Source of the DNA: an uncultured Alphaproteobacteria bacterium
GTDB lineage: Bacteria > Pseudomonadota > Alphaproteobacteria > Rhizobiales > Xanthobacteraceae
Direction: 5' to 3'
Assembly: GCA_963697015.1 (NCBI GenBank)
Contig: CAVOML010000024.1
Span: 12,227-76,226, forward strand
DNA: 64,000 bases
The notes under the pieces are model-generated. The model was given only the letters and a program-made list of their open reading frames with translations, was not told where the DNA came from and searched no databases. Both the position numbers and the translations under genes were made by a program. Positions 23,485 through 34,137 of this stretch are shown here, piece after piece (positions within the stretch are counted from its first letter, which is position 1; each line of letters opens with the position of its first letter).

Positions 23485-24846
23485 TCAGGCCGCGCTCTTC
23501 TCCGCGTCCTCGTCCTTGTAGAGTTCCTCCTTCGAGACTTTCTTCTCGGTGACGTTGGCGAGTTCGAGGATGAAGTCGACGACCTTGTCCTCGAAGATCG
23601 GTGCACGAAGCTGGGCCAGCGCATTGGCGTTGTTCCGATAATAGTCCCAGACTTCCTTCTCGCGGCCCGGCATCGAGCGCGCGCGCTCGATCACCGCGCG
23701 GCTGACCTCGTCGTCGGTCACGGTGATCTTGTTCTTCTCGCCGATTTCCGAGAGCACGAGCCCGAGCCGCACGCGGCGGTCGGCGATCCCGTGATACTCC
23801 TCCTTGGCCTTCTCTTCGGTAGTGTTCTCGTCGGCAAAGGTCTTGCCACCCAATTCCATCTCGGCCTTCACCGAATTCCACATCAGGTTGAATTCTTCCT
23901 CGACCAGCGTGGGCGGTGCCTCGAACTTGTGGGTTTCATCAAGGCGATCAAGGAGTGTGCGCTTCAACCGCTGACGCGTCGCGCCGGCGAACTCGGCCGC
24001 GAGCCGATCGCGCGCCGCCTGCTTCAGCTTGTCGAGCGATTCCAGCCCGAGGGTCTTGGCGAACTCGTCGTTGATCTCGGTCTTCTGCGGCACCTCGATC
24101 GCAGTCGCCGTCGTTTCGAACTCCGCCGCCTGGCCGGCGAGATTTGGTGCCGCGTAATTCTTGGGGAAGCTCGCCTTCAGCGTGCGGGTTTCACCGGCGC
24201 CGATGCCGATCAACTGCTCTTCAAAGCCCGGGATGAACTGACCCGCACCGATCACGACCTGGATGCCCTCGCCGGTGCCGCCGTCGAACGGCGTGCCGTC
24301 GATGGTGCCCTTGAAGTTGATGGTGACGCGGTCGCCGGATTCGGCCTTGGCGCCCTCCTCTTTCGCGGCATAGTTGCGGCTCTGGTCGGCGATGCGCTGG
24401 ATGGCCTCGTCGACGTCGGCGTCGCTCACTTCGGCGACCGGCTTGTCGACATTGAAGCTCTTGAAGTCGGCGAGCTTGATCGCAGGCACGACTTCGATCG
24501 CCACCGTGTAGGTGAGATCGGATTTGCCGGCGAGCAGTTCCTCGACCTCTTTCTGCTCGGTCGGCATGGTGATCTTCGGTTCGGCCGCGAGCTTGAAGCC
24601 ACGCTCGGTGAAAAGCTGGGTGTTGGTGTCACGGATGGTCTGGTCGATCGTCTCGGCCATGACCGAGCGGCCATAGACCTTCTTCAGATGGCTGACCGGC
24701 ACCTTGCCCGGACGAAAACCGTTGAGACGGACCTTGTCCTTGAGGTCGACGAGGCGCGCGTCCGCCTTGGCATCGAGATCCGATGCGGGAACGTTGATCT
24801 TGAATTCGTGCTTCAGTCCCTCATTGAGGGTTTCGGTGACCTGCAT
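23485..24846 (-). CDS. tig: Trigger factor
   Basis: GFRPGKVP ribosome-binding signature and FKBP domain (FIPGFEEQL). Confidence 0.98.
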   Translation of the reverse strand: MQVTETLNEGLKHEFKINVPASDLDAKADARLVDLKDKVRLNGFRPGKVPVSHLKKVYGRSVMAETIDQTIRDTNTQLFTERGFKLAAEPKITMPTEQKEVEELLAGKSDLTYTVAIEVVPAIKLADFKSFNVDKPVAEVSDADVDEAIQRIADQSRNYAAKEEGAKAESGDRVTINFKGTIDGTPFDGGTGEGIQVVIGAGQFIPGFEEQLIGIGAGETRTLKASFPKNYAAPNLAGQAAEFETTATAIEVPQKTEINDEFAKTLGLESLDKLKQAARDRLAAEFAGATRQRLKRTLLDRLDETHKFEAPPTLVEEEFNLMWNSVKAEMELGGKTFADENTTEEKAKEEYHGIADRRVRLGLVLSEIGEKNKITVTDDEVSRAVIERARSMPGREKEVWDYYRNNANALAQLRAPIFEDKVVDFILELANVTEKKVSKEELYKDEDAEKSAA

Positions 24847-24998
24847 GGCGTCAAATCTTCTTTTCGCTCTCGTGCCCAACGCCTAATGGCGGAGGACATT
24901 TTCCTTGTGATCGACACGCGGCCAGAGCCGTGCGCCCGGTTGGTTTGGCGAACCTGCTAAAATCAGCAGGCTCCCCAGAAATTCGTCGGGCAAACGCT

Positions 24999-25083
24999 TG
25001 GTGCGGGCGGAGGGACTCGAACCCCCACAACTTTCGTCACTGGAACCTAAATCCAGCGCGTCTACCAGTTCCGCCACGCCCGC
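24999..25083 (-). tRNA. tRNA-Leu(TAG)
   Basis: Reverse complement GCGGGCGTGGCGGAACTGGTAGACGCGCTGGATTTAGGTTCCAG...GGTTCGAGTCCCTCCGCCCGCACCA; long variable arm. Confidence 0.97.
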
Positions 25084-25235
25084 TTTGATAGCATCAAATC
25101 CGGCCGCGATGCCGCGGGCGGCGGCTTATAGCATGAGGCTATTCGTTCGCAGCAAAAAAATGGTCTTTTTGCCGACCGTCCCGCGGCCCAGCGCCGGCTG
25201 GACTTCTCACGCTAAAAATGGTCCGCATCGGCCTG

Positions 25236-26546
25236 ATGGCAAGCCGGATTTTCACAAGCAACCGACGCGAGTTTCTGGCCGGATTGGGCGCGGCCGCGCT
25301 TGGTGAGATCCTGCCGGGAAATGCGGCCGTGGCAGGCGCCCAAGCCGTTCCGATCCGGGCCAGGACCACGAGCCTCACCCTTCGGCCGGGCCAGGCCGAA
25401 ACGCAGGTCTGGTCGCTTGAGGGCCCGAGCCCGTCCCTTCGCTTCAAGCGCGGCAACGAACTTGCCATCGCGCTGCAGAACGATCTGCCGGCACCGCTCG
25501 GGCTCAGTTGGTACGGGCTGGATGGCGTACCCTCGGCCGAACCTCTCATAGGTCAGGCTCCTGCAGCGCCCGGAGCGAAAGCCAGTGTGACGGCCGCTCT
25601 GCGCCATGCCGGGACCCTCTTTGCCGATCTTCGGCTTTTCTCCGACGGCGCGGGGCACCTGTCGCGGGCGCTCGCATTGATCGTCGAGGAAAGGGAGCCG
25701 CCGGCGGTCGACCGTGACGAGATATTTCTGATTGAGGATTTTCGGCTGAGGACGGATGGAACCGCCGTCAGTCCGGGTTCCGACGCGAAAGACACCACTC
25801 CGTTCTATGCCGTCAATGGACGGATTCTACCAGATATTGCAGTGCAATCGAACCATCGCCTGAGGCTACGCTTCATCAATGCGTGCCAACGCCATGTGGT
25901 CGCGGTGAAAATCGATGGCTTGGAAGTCCGGGTCATGGCGATGGACAGCCAGCCGGCCGAGCCGTTCCCGGCCCGAAACAGCGCACTGGTACTTGCGCCG
26001 GGCGGTCGCGCCGATGCCTTTGTCGATGCGGCCTCGCCGCCGGGCTCGACCTCGCAAATCCTGCTCCATGACGGCAAGGAGGCCCGCCCGATTGCGCGGC
26101 TGGTCACTTCCGCCGCCCCCGTGGCCCGAACCGAACCGCTGCCTATCGCTCCTCCGTTACCTCCAAACCGACTACCAGCTCAACTCGATCTCAGGAGCGC
26201 CCAGCGTATCGAGTTTTTCCTCCAGGGCGCGGAATGGGTCGCGCCCACAAACTTCAGCGCGACCGCGTCACCAGCGTTCCGCGTCAGGCCGGGCCGCGTC
26301 GTGGTAGTCGCGCTGACCAACCGCGCCAGCATCGCAACCGTCTTCCATCTGCACGGCCATCATTTCCGTCTGCTCGACCGGCTGGACGATGGCTGGAAGC
26401 CTTATTGGTTGGATACGCTGGCGCTCGAACCCGGCGAGACCCAGCGTATCGCCTTCCTCGCCGAGTATGCCGGGCGCTATCTCCTGGAATCCACCGCGAC
26501 CGATTGGGCCGCACCCCGGCTCGTGCGATGGTACGCTGTCGAATAA
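25236..26546 (+). CDS. Tat-exported multicopper-oxidase-fold protein with degenerate copper ligands
   Basis: Tat motif SNRREFL, cupredoxin-domain patterns (LRLRFINA, MDSQPAEP, APGGRAD) and FHLHGHHF; the other His/Cys motifs are missing. Confidence 0.8.
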   Translation: MASRIFTSNRREFLAGLGAAALGEILPGNAAVAGAQAVPIRARTTSLTLRPGQAETQVWSLEGPSPSLRFKRGNELAIALQNDLPAPLGLSWYGLDGVPSAEPLIGQAPAAPGAKASVTAALRHAGTLFADLRLFSDGAGHLSRALALIVEEREPPAVDRDEIFLIEDFRLRTDGTAVSPGSDAKDTTPFYAVNGRILPDIAVQSNHRLRLRFINACQRHVVAVKIDGLEVRVMAMDSQPAEPFPARNSALVLAPGGRADAFVDAASPPGSTSQILLHDGKEARPIARLVTSAAPVARTEPLPIAPPLPPNRLPAQLDLRSAQRIEFFLQGAEWVAPTNFSATASPAFRVRPGRVVVVALTNRASIATVFHLHGHHFRLLDRLDDGWKPYWLDTLALEPGETQRIAFLAEYAGRYLLESTATDWAAPRLVRWYAVE

Positions 26547-26564
26547 GAACAAGAGGAAACGCAC

Positions 26565-27650
26565 ATGAGCAAAAACACGCCCTCCATAAAGAGCGTCACG
26601 GCGCGCGCCGTGGTCACGCCGATGGCGCGGCCGGTAAAGAACGCGTTTGGCGTGATCGACGTCGCGCCGCTGCTGCTGATCGATGTCGAAACGGACCAGG
26701 GCGTCACCGGGCACTCGTATCTCTTTGCCTACAGCAAGCTGACGCTGAAGCCGTTCGTCCATCTGGTGGCGGAGATCGGTCGCGATCTGGTTGGCAAACC
26801 GGTCGTACCCTACGATTTGATGGCCGCGATGGATGCGAAATTCCGGCTGCTCGGCTGGCAGGGCCTCGTCGGCATGGCAATCGCGGGTCTCGACATGGCG
26901 TTCTGGGACATATTGGGCCAGGCTGCGGGCAAGCCGGTGGTCGAGCTGCTCGGCGGATCACCGAGACCGATCCGCTGCTATGACAGCTACGGCGCGGTCG
27001 AAGCCGATACCGACGAGAAGGCGCTACGGCGCTCGCTCGACCAGGGATTTCGTGGCATCAAGATCAAGGGCGGCGATGGCGATGCAGCCAATGACGAGCG
27101 CCGGGTCAAAGCGTTGCGCAAGCTGCTCGGCCCCGACGTCGCGCTGATGCTCGACTTCAATCAGTCGCTGGATACGGCGGAAGCGAAGCGACGCATCGCG
27201 CGGCTCGCTCCCTATGACCTCACCTGGATCGAGGAACCGGTACCGCAGGAGAACCTGTCGGGGCATGCCGAGGTACGCGAAGCCTCGGAGATCCCGATCC
27301 AGGCCGGCGAGAACTGGTGGTTTCCGCGCGGCTTTGCGGAAGCGATCGCCGCGGGCGCCAGCGACTTCATCATGCCCGACCTGATGAAGGTCGGCGGCAT
27401 CACCGGCTGGCTCAATGTCGCGGGCCAGGCGGACGCCGCGTCAATCCCGATGTCGAGCCACATCCTGCCCGAGGCGAGCGCGCATGTGATGGCCGTGACG
27501 CCCACCGCGCACTGGCTCGAAGTGCTGGATTTCGCCAGCCCCATCCTCGCCAACCCGATCAAGATCGTCGACGGCACATTGACGGCGCGCGGGCCTGGCC
27601 TTGGCATCGAATGGAACGAGGCGGCGATCGCGAAATTTCAGGTGACTTAA
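26565..27650 (+). CDS. Mandelate racemase / enolase-superfamily enzyme
   Basis: KIK catalytic motif, LDFNQ, WIEEP, GEN, PDL..VGGITG, SSH. Confidence 0.92.
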   Translation: MSKNTPSIKSVTARAVVTPMARPVKNAFGVIDVAPLLLIDVETDQGVTGHSYLFAYSKLTLKPFVHLVAEIGRDLVGKPVVPYDLMAAMDAKFRLLGWQGLVGMAIAGLDMAFWDILGQAAGKPVVELLGGSPRPIRCYDSYGAVEADTDEKALRRSLDQGFRGIKIKGGDGDAANDERRVKALRKLLGPDVALMLDFNQSLDTAEAKRRIARLAPYDLTWIEEPVPQENLSGHAEVREASEIPIQAGENWWFPRGFAEAIAAGASDFIMPDLMKVGGITGWLNVAGQADAASIPMSSHILPEASAHVMAVTPTAHWLEVLDFASPILANPIKIVDGTLTARGPGLGIEWNEAAIAKFQVT

Positions 27651-27710
27651 CAAATGCCGCTGGAGGGAGGAGCGAAGTAATCACCGTCACGTCTTGATGA
27701 GGGTGAGGTT

Positions 27711-28001
27711 TCATTGAGTGTGTGGCTTCGCCGCCAGTTCGATTCCCAACGCCTTCATAACGGCAATTGTTGTCTTCAAGGTCGGATTACCGTTCGCGCT
27801 GAACGAGCGATAGAGCTGCTCGCGTGAAAGTCCGGTCTCCTGGGCAATCTGTGTCATCCCCTTGGCGCGCGCAATAACGCCGAGGGCGTGAGCGATATAG
27901 CCAGCGTCTTCGGTCTTGAAGGCTTCCTCCATGAACACGGCAATCCCCTCATCGGACAGCAGATCCTCGGCAGGATCATAAACCGTCAACTTTGCGCCCA
28001 T
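27711..28001 (-). CDS. Putative addiction-module antitoxin (HTH)
   Basis: ALGVIARAKGMTQIAQETGLSREQLYRSFSANGNPTL; immediately downstream of the toxin. Confidence 0.9.
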   Translation of the reverse strand: MGAKLTVYDPAEDLLSDEGIAVFMEEAFKTEDAGYIAHALGVIARAKGMTQIAQETGLSREQLYRSFSANGNPTLKTTIAVMKALGIELAAKPHTQ

Positions 28002-28002
28002 C

Positions 28003-28299
28003 TCATTCGCTCCGTTCCGCGGCAAGACGCTTTGCCGCTTTGATGTCTTTTGCCTGCGTGCTCTTGTCGCCACCGCACAGCAGAACGATGATTGTGTTTC
28101 CCCGCTTCTGAAAATAGACGCGGTAGCCAGGGCCGTAGTGGATGCGCAATTCGCTGACGCCTTCGCCAACCGGCTTCACATCGCCAGCATGTCCTTGAGC
28201 CAACCGATCCAGCCGTGAGGCGAGTATTGCTCGCGCACGGTGATCCCCGAGCCGCAATCGCCACTTTCGAAACGTCTCTGTCTGTTTCAGCTCAAGTAT
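28003..28299 (-). CDS. RelE/ParE-fold addiction-module killer protein; begins with ATA rather than ATG
   Basis: ELKQTETFRKW...GDVKPVGEGVSELRIHYGPGYRVYF...LLCGGDKSTQ. An in-frame stop lies upstream and no ATG precedes the N-terminus. Confidence 0.85.
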   Translation of the reverse strand: MLELKQTETFRKWRLRLGDHRARAILASRLDRLAQGHAGDVKPVGEGVSELRIHYGPGYRVYFQKRGNTIIVLLCGGDKSTQAKDIKAAKRLAAERSE

Positions 28300-28303
28300 G
28301 TAG

Positions 28304-28332
28304 TTTATAAATCACGTACACTTAAAAATCAA
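28304..28332 (-). promoter_or_regulatory. Sigma70-type promoter of the TA operon with overlapping palindrome
   Basis: TTGATT-N17-TATAAA; imperfect dyad GTGA-TTTATAAA-CTAC. Confidence 0.6.
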
Positions 28333-28376
28333 GCCGATCAACTTGCTTGGACTGAAGCGCAGGTCAGAGCGAACCC

Positions 28377-29876
28377 CTAATAGTCGATGCCGAACTCGTC
28401 GTAGATGTGCCGTGTCACCGCGGGCATCACTTCCGGCAAATCTTCCGCGATCAGGCCGGGGCCGGCCTCGCGCGCGGCCTCGCCATGCATCCACACGCCG
28501 ATGCTGGCGGCCTCGAACGCGGCAGCGCCCTGCGCCATCAGCCCGGCGACAATGCCGGCGAGCACGTCGCCGGAGCCGGCGGTGGCAAGCCAGGGCGGCG
28601 CGTTCGCCGCGACCGTCGCGCGGCCGTCGGGTGCGGCGATCGTCGTATCCGGCCCCTTGAGCAACACCACGGCGCCGGAACGCTCGGCTGCCGCGCGGAC
28701 GCGATCGAGTTTGGAGCGGCCGGGATTCTTGTTGCTGATATCGCTGAACAGCCGCGGAAACTCGCCCTCGTGTGGCGTGAGCACCACCTGCGGATCGGGC
28801 GACGCCTTGATCAATTCAAACAGCCGCTCGGGCGCTTGCGCAAAACTCGTCAGCGCATCGGCATCCAGCACGAGATGCCGCCGGGCCGAGAGCGCCGTGT
28901 GAACGAAATCGGCGGTGCGCGCACCGACGCCGGCGCCGGGCCCGATCACGCAGGAATTGTACCGTTTGTCGTTGAAGAGCTCGGCGAACTGGATGGCATT
29001 GTCGACAGCGCGCACCATGACGGCGGTCAGGGCGGCAGCATTAACCTGGAGCGCATCGCGCGGAGTTGCGAGTGTCACCAGCCCCGCGCCGGCGCGCAGT
29101 GCCGCACGCGCCGACATGCGCGCGGCTCCCGTTGAAGCCATCTCCCCTGACAGCACGAGGACATGTCCGCGGGCATATTTGTGGCCGTCGATGCGCGGCA
29201 CGGGAAACGATCTGCGCCAGTACTGCGGGGTGTTCTCGAACGTCTGCGGACGTATCTCGTCGAGCACGTGCGCGTCGATGCCGATGTCGGCGACGCGGAC
29301 GCGGCCGCATTGCATACGGCCGGGCAGCAAGAGATGCGCCGGCTTCTTGCGGAAGAAAGTCACGGTCTCGGTTGCCCGTACCGCGGTACCCATGATCGCC
29401 GCAGTGGTGCCGTTGACACCGCTTGGCAGATCGACCGCCAGCACCGGCGCGCCGTTGACGTTGATCGCCTCGATCATCGCAAGGGGTTCGCCGCCGACTT
29501 GCCGGCTCAAGCCGGCCCCGAACAACGCGTCGATGATCAGCGCGGGTTTGCCGATCGCCTGCGGATTGAACGGCAGTACCGGAAATTTCCAGCCCCTGGC
29601 CGCGGAAGCCGCATCGCCCTGCAAGGCGTCGCGCTCGCACATCAGGATGATCGAGACTTCGCGCCCTTGCGCCGCGAGTTCGGCCGCGGCCACAAAACCA
29701 TCGCCACCATTATTGCCGGGACCGGCGACGACCAGGATCGGCCCCTCCTCCACGAGATCGGCTGCCGCCTCCGCCACCGCCTGGCCGGCGCTCAGCATCA
29801 GCGCAAAGCCAGGCATGCCGGCGGCAATGCTAAGCCTGTCGGCGCGCTCCATCTCGGCGGTGGTCAAGACTTCCAT
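28377..29876 (-). CDS. nnr: Bifunctional NAD(P)H-hydrate epimerase/dehydratase
   Basis: GPGNNGGDG, DALFGAG, DLPSG (YjeF-N); KYARGHV, TPHEGEF, LATAGSGDVLAG. Confidence 0.96.
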   Translation of the reverse strand: MEVLTTAEMERADRLSIAAGMPGFALMLSAGQAVAEAAADLVEEGPILVVAGPGNNGGDGFVAAAELAAQGREVSIILMCERDALQGDAASAARGWKFPVLPFNPQAIGKPALIIDALFGAGLSRQVGGEPLAMIEAINVNGAPVLAVDLPSGVNGTTAAIMGTAVRATETVTFFRKKPAHLLLPGRMQCGRVRVADIGIDAHVLDEIRPQTFENTPQYWRRSFPVPRIDGHKYARGHVLVLSGEMASTGAARMSARAALRAGAGLVTLATPRDALQVNAAALTAVMVRAVDNAIQFAELFNDKRYNSCVIGPGAGVGARTADFVHTALSARRHLVLDADALTSFAQAPERLFELIKASPDPQVVLTPHEGEFPRLFSDISNKNPGRSKLDRVRAAAERSGAVVLLKGPDTTIAAPDGRATVAANAPPWLATAGSGDVLAGIVAGLMAQGAAAFEAASIGVWMHGEAAREAGPGLIAEDLPEVMPAVTRHIYDEFGIDY

Positions 29877-30170
29877 GCAGCAAAGCCCCCTGTTGCCTCA
29901 TGCCCCTAGCACGAAGTTCGGAAACAAAACGGCATCAGCAAACCTACGATTTCTGGGCCCAGAATGATTTCCGGCCAAGAGCCCGCGGAAACTGTACAGG
30001 AACCGCTGTCCTCCGCCTTATCCTGAGGCAATTTTTACGGAATGGGCTGCATACGATTTGATCTATTTGCCTATTTCGCAGGCTCAGCTATTCTGCGGCA
30101 GCAGCAGAAAGCATGACAAAATGTCGGTTAACGTCCTGATAGGACTAGTAAATAAGGCCTGTTAACGACT

Positions 30171-30186
30171 TGGCATAGAGCCTGCT
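30171..30186 (+). promoter_or_regulatory. Sigma54 (-24/-12) promoter upstream of glnB
   Basis: TGGCATAGAGCCTGCT has GG-N10-GC spacing, upstream of a nitrogen-regulated operon. Confidence 0.8.
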
Positions 30187-30307
30187 TTTGAGGATGCCAC
30201 TTCGGTTCGTCGTGCTCGCCGGGCGTCCAGGCTTAAGGCTGGCCGTCGCCGGACAGTCGGGCAAAGTCCGGAAACAGACGATCGAGGAGCCTTGTCGGGA
30301 GCCTTGA

Positions 30308-30709
<402 letters not shown>

Positions 30710-30895
30710 CCACATACCATCAACGGTCAGCCCGACCCTGGCTGCGGATCAACCCAGACGTCTGCTGAAAGGGCGTGCAGATGCCGGTTTCTCCGGCGCT
30801 GCTTATTGTCTTGCGTCCAGCCCAACGGTATTGAGCATTACTCCCGCGGCCGGGCCGCGGCCGGATCACATGACCTGTAGCCAAGAGGGGTATCC

Positions 30896-32305
30896 ATGAA
30901 GACCGCCAAAGACGTCCTCAAGTCGATCAAGGACAACGACGTCAAATACGTCGATCTGCGTTTCACCGATCCGCGCGGCAAGTGGCAGCACGTCACCTTC
31001 GACATCGGCATGATCGAAGAGGATTTATTTTCCGAGGGCCTGATGTTCGACGGCTCCTCGATCGCCGGCTGGAAGGCCATCAACGAGTCCGACATGTGCC
31101 TGATGCCCGATCCGGTCACCGCGACGATCGACCCGTTCTTCGCCGAAACCACCATGATCCTGGTCTGCGACGTGCTCGAGCCGACCACCGGCGAGCCCTA
31201 CAACCGCGACCCCCGTGGCATCGCCAAGAAGGCGGAAGCCATGGTGAAGTCGATGGGTGTCGGCGACACCGTGTTCTTCGGCCCCGAGGCCGAGTTCTTC
31301 GTGTTCGACGACGTCCGTTACTCCGCGCTTCCTTACAACACCGGCTTCCGGCTCGACTCCTCGGAATTCCCGACCAACTCCGATACCGAATATGAAGGCG
31401 GCAATCTCGGTCACCGCATCCGCACCAAGGCCGGCTACTTCCCCGTTCCGCCCCAGGACTCGGTGCAGGACATGCGTTCCGAGATGCTCGGCGCGATGGC
31501 CAAGATGGGCGTCAAGGTCGAGAAGCACCACCACGAGGTCGCTTCCGCCCAGCACGAGCTCGGCATGAAGTTCGACACCATGACGCTGATGGCCGACCAG
31601 ATGCAGATCTACAAATACTGCATCCACCAGGTCGCCCACATCTACGGCAAGACCGCCACCTTTATGCCCAAGCCGGTTTACGGCGACAACGGCTCGGGCA
31701 TGCACTGCCACCAGTCGATCTGGAACGGCGGCAAGCCGGTGTTCGCCGGCAACAAATATGCCGACCTGTCGGAGATCTGCCTGTCCTACATCGCGGGCGT
31801 CATCAAGCACGCAAAGGCGATCAACGCTTTCACCAACCCGTCCACCAATTCCTACAAGCGTCTGGTGCCGGGTTATGAAGCTCCCGTACTGCTCGCCTAT
31901 TCAGCCCGCAACCGTTCGGCTTCCTGCCGCATCCCCTACACTTCCAACCCCAAGGCCAAGCGCGTCGAGGTGCGTTTCCCCGACCCGATGGCCAATCCCT
32001 ATCTCGGCTTTGCCGCGATGCTGATGGCGGGTCTGGACGGCGTCAAGAACAAGCTCGATCCCGGACCGGCGATGGACAAGGACCTCTACGACCTGCCGAA
32101 GGAAGAGCTGAAGTCGATCCCCACCGTCTGCGGTTCGCTGCGCGAGGCGCTGGAAAATCTCGACAAGGATCGCGCGTTCCTCAAGAACGGCGGCGTGTTC
32201 GACGACGACTTCATCGACGCCTATATCGAGTTGAAGATGACCGAGGTCGAGCGCTTCGAAATGACGCCGCACCCGATCGAGTTCGAAATGTACTATTCGC
32301 AGTGA
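30896..32305 (+). CDS. glnA: Glutamine synthetase type I
   Basis: [32 protein letters not shown], adenylylation motif DKDLYDL. Confidence 0.99.
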   Translation: MKTAKDVLKSIKDNDVKYVDLRFTDPRGKWQHVTFDIGMIEEDLFSEGLMFDGSSIAGWKAINESDMCLMPDPVTATIDPFFAETTMILVCDVLEPTTGEPYNRDPRGIAKKAEAMVKSMGVGDTVFFGPEAEFFVFDDVRYSALPYNTGFRLDSSEFPTNSDTEYEGGNLGHRIRTKAGYFPVPPQDSVQDMRSEMLGAMAKMGVKVEKHHHEVASAQHELGMKFDTMTLMADQMQIYKYCIHQVAHIYGKTATFMPKPVYGDNGSGMHCHQSIWNGGKPVFAGNKYADLSEICLSYIAGVIKHAKAINAFTNPSTNSYKRLVPGYEAPVLLAYSARNRSASCRIPYTSNPKAKRVEVRFPDPMANPYLGFAAMLMAGLDGVKNKLDPGPAMDKDLYDLPKEELKSIPTVCGSLREALENLDKDRAFLKNGGVFDDDFIDAYIELKMTEVERFEMTPHPIEFEMYYSQ

Positions 32306-32330
32306 TCCTGCGAAGCATCGCCGACAAAAT

Positions 32331-32361
32331 AAAGGCGCCCTCCGGGGCGCCTTTCGTTTTT
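32331..32361. terminator. Rho-independent terminator after glnA
   Basis: AAAGGCGCCC-TCCG-GGGCGCCTTT then CGTTTTT. Confidence 0.88.
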
Positions 32362-32365
32362 GCAG

Positions 32366-33136
32366 CTACGCCCGCTTCTGTGTCGTCAGCGCCTCGCCGA
32401 ACGCCTTGAACAGCGCACGGTTGATCGGGTTGCGGTGCGGGTCGTATTCGGCATGCCACTGCACACCGAGTGCGAAGCCGGGCGCGTCCGCGATGCGGAT
32501 CGCCTCAATGGTGCCGTCCTCGGCCACCCCCTCGATCACGACACGTTTTCCCGGCTCAAGGATGCCCTGGCCGTGCAGCGAATTGACCTTGATCTTCTCG
32601 CAACCGAGGATCATTGCGAACGCGCCGCCCGGCACCAGGCTGACCTCGTGGCGGTCGGCAAAGATGACCTGCGGATCGGGATGAATTTCGCCGTTCTCCA
32701 GCCGCGGCATGCGGTGGTTCATGCGTCCCGGAATTTCCCGGATCTCCGGATGCAGCGAGCCGCCGAAGGCGACGTTCATCTCCTGCAGGCCGCGGCAGAT
32801 ACCGAACAGCGGAACCCCGCGTGTGACGCAGGCTTCCGACAGCGCCAGCGCGACCTCGTCGCGGAGAATGTCGTAGGGCTCGTGCTTGGCGTGCGGCTCC
32901 TGTTTGAACCGCGTCGGATGCACGTTGGCGCGCGCACCTGTAAGCACGACGCCGTCGACCGTGTCGAGCAAGGCGCCGATATCCGTGATCTCCGGACAGC
33001 TCGCAAACATCAGCGGCAGTGCGCCCGCCACCTGGGCCAACGCCCGAAGATTGCGCTCGCCCACCATCTGCACCTGAAATCGATTTTCGACGCGACTGGC
33101 GTTTCCAATCACCCCGACGACCGGCTTCCTTCGCAT
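32366..33136 (-). CDS. Gamma-glutamyl-gamma-aminobutyrate hydrolase-like (peptidase C26) glutamine amidotransferase
   Basis: GICRGLQE nucleophile elbow, VNSLHGQG, GVQWHAE. Confidence 0.92.
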   Translation of the reverse strand: MRRKPVVGVIGNASRVENRFQVQMVGERNLRALAQVAGALPLMFASCPEITDIGALLDTVDGVVLTGARANVHPTRFKQEPHAKHEPYDILRDEVALALSEACVTRGVPLFGICRGLQEMNVAFGGSLHPEIREIPGRMNHRMPRLENGEIHPDPQVIFADRHEVSLVPGGAFAMILGCEKIKVNSLHGQGILEPGKRVVIEGVAEDGTIEAIRIADAPGFALGVQWHAEYDPHRNPINRALFKAFGEALTTQKRA

Positions 33137-33304
33137 AATCCTTCTCAAATCACCTGTCCCAAGAGCAAATCATGCCTGCGTCGCGGCGCCGGATCAACCG
33201 TTTGCAGCCGCTCCTCACACCTCGCTGCCCTGCAATTATCTCAGGGGACGGATGAGGGTTTGTCATCCCGATTTCGGGGGGACCGCCCGAGCGGCCTTCA
33301 GCCG

Positions 33305-34000
33305 CTACTTCCGCGTGAAGACTTCGCGGGCGTCGATCGGCTCGCTGCTCTTCAAGCCGGCGGACTTGAGCGCGGCTGCAGCTGCGTCGTCTGTCCCCTT
33401 CAACCACGGTAATTTTGCTTCGATACCCCTCGTCACGGGTTCGCCCAGCACACCGCCGAAATCAATCGGCCAAAAGCCGTTCGGCACCACTTCGGCCGTG
33501 ACCGCGTGAAGGCGAACGCCGCTGCCGAGGACTGCTTGCAGATTCGCCGATGGCACCAAGCGCATCGTGCCGGGGTCACCGGGATCGGAGAAGGTGGCGA
33601 GCACGGGAATCAGTTCTCCGGTCACCGGCACTATGCCCTTCATCCGGCTCATCTCGTTGAACGACACCCGCTGTCCGCCGGCCGCACCATAGGCGCGCAG
33701 CGCCACATAGTTGATGCCGTCGAGATCGAGCGTCTTGTCGACATGGGCGAGCAGCGCCACGAGATTTTTGCCGCCGCCGAGATCGACGTACAGCGCATCA
33801 CCGCTGGTTTGGGTATGCCCGTGACGGCTATAGCCGCGGTCCGGCGTCACCGCCATGACACCGCTCGCCGATTTGGTCCCTTCCGGCGTCTCCACCTCTA
33901 CCGTGAGCCGATATTTGTGGCCGGGCCGGTTGATCCTGACCTGGTCGCCAATAACGAGCACGGCCAATAGCGCCAACGGCCCGAGCCATTTGGAAATCAC
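33305..34000 (-). CDS. Hypothetical protein with N-terminal membrane anchor
   Basis: GTG start, hydrophobic N-terminus, YRLTVEVETPEG...ASGV motif; typical codon usage. Confidence 0.72.
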   Translation of the reverse strand: MISKWLGPLALLAVLVIGDQVRINRPGHKYRLTVEVETPEGTKSASGVMAVTPDRGYSRHGHTQTSGDALYVDLGGGKNLVALLAHVDKTLDLDGINYVALRAYGAAGGQRVSFNEMSRMKGIVPVTGELIPVLATFSDPGDPGTMRLVPSANLQAVLGSGVRLHAVTAEVVPNGFWPIDFGGVLGEPVTRGIEAKLPWLKGTDDAAAAALKSAGLKSSEPIDAREVFTRK

Positions 34001-34137
34001 GCTCAAATTCCCTCTTATTGTCGTGCTGGCTTTGCACGATGGCGCGTCCAGCGTCAAACGAGCGCGCGTTACCAGCTTGATCCCGGGTACGTTTGGCGAA
34101 AGAGTGTTGTTGCGAGAGCGAGGAAGCGGGGACCAAC

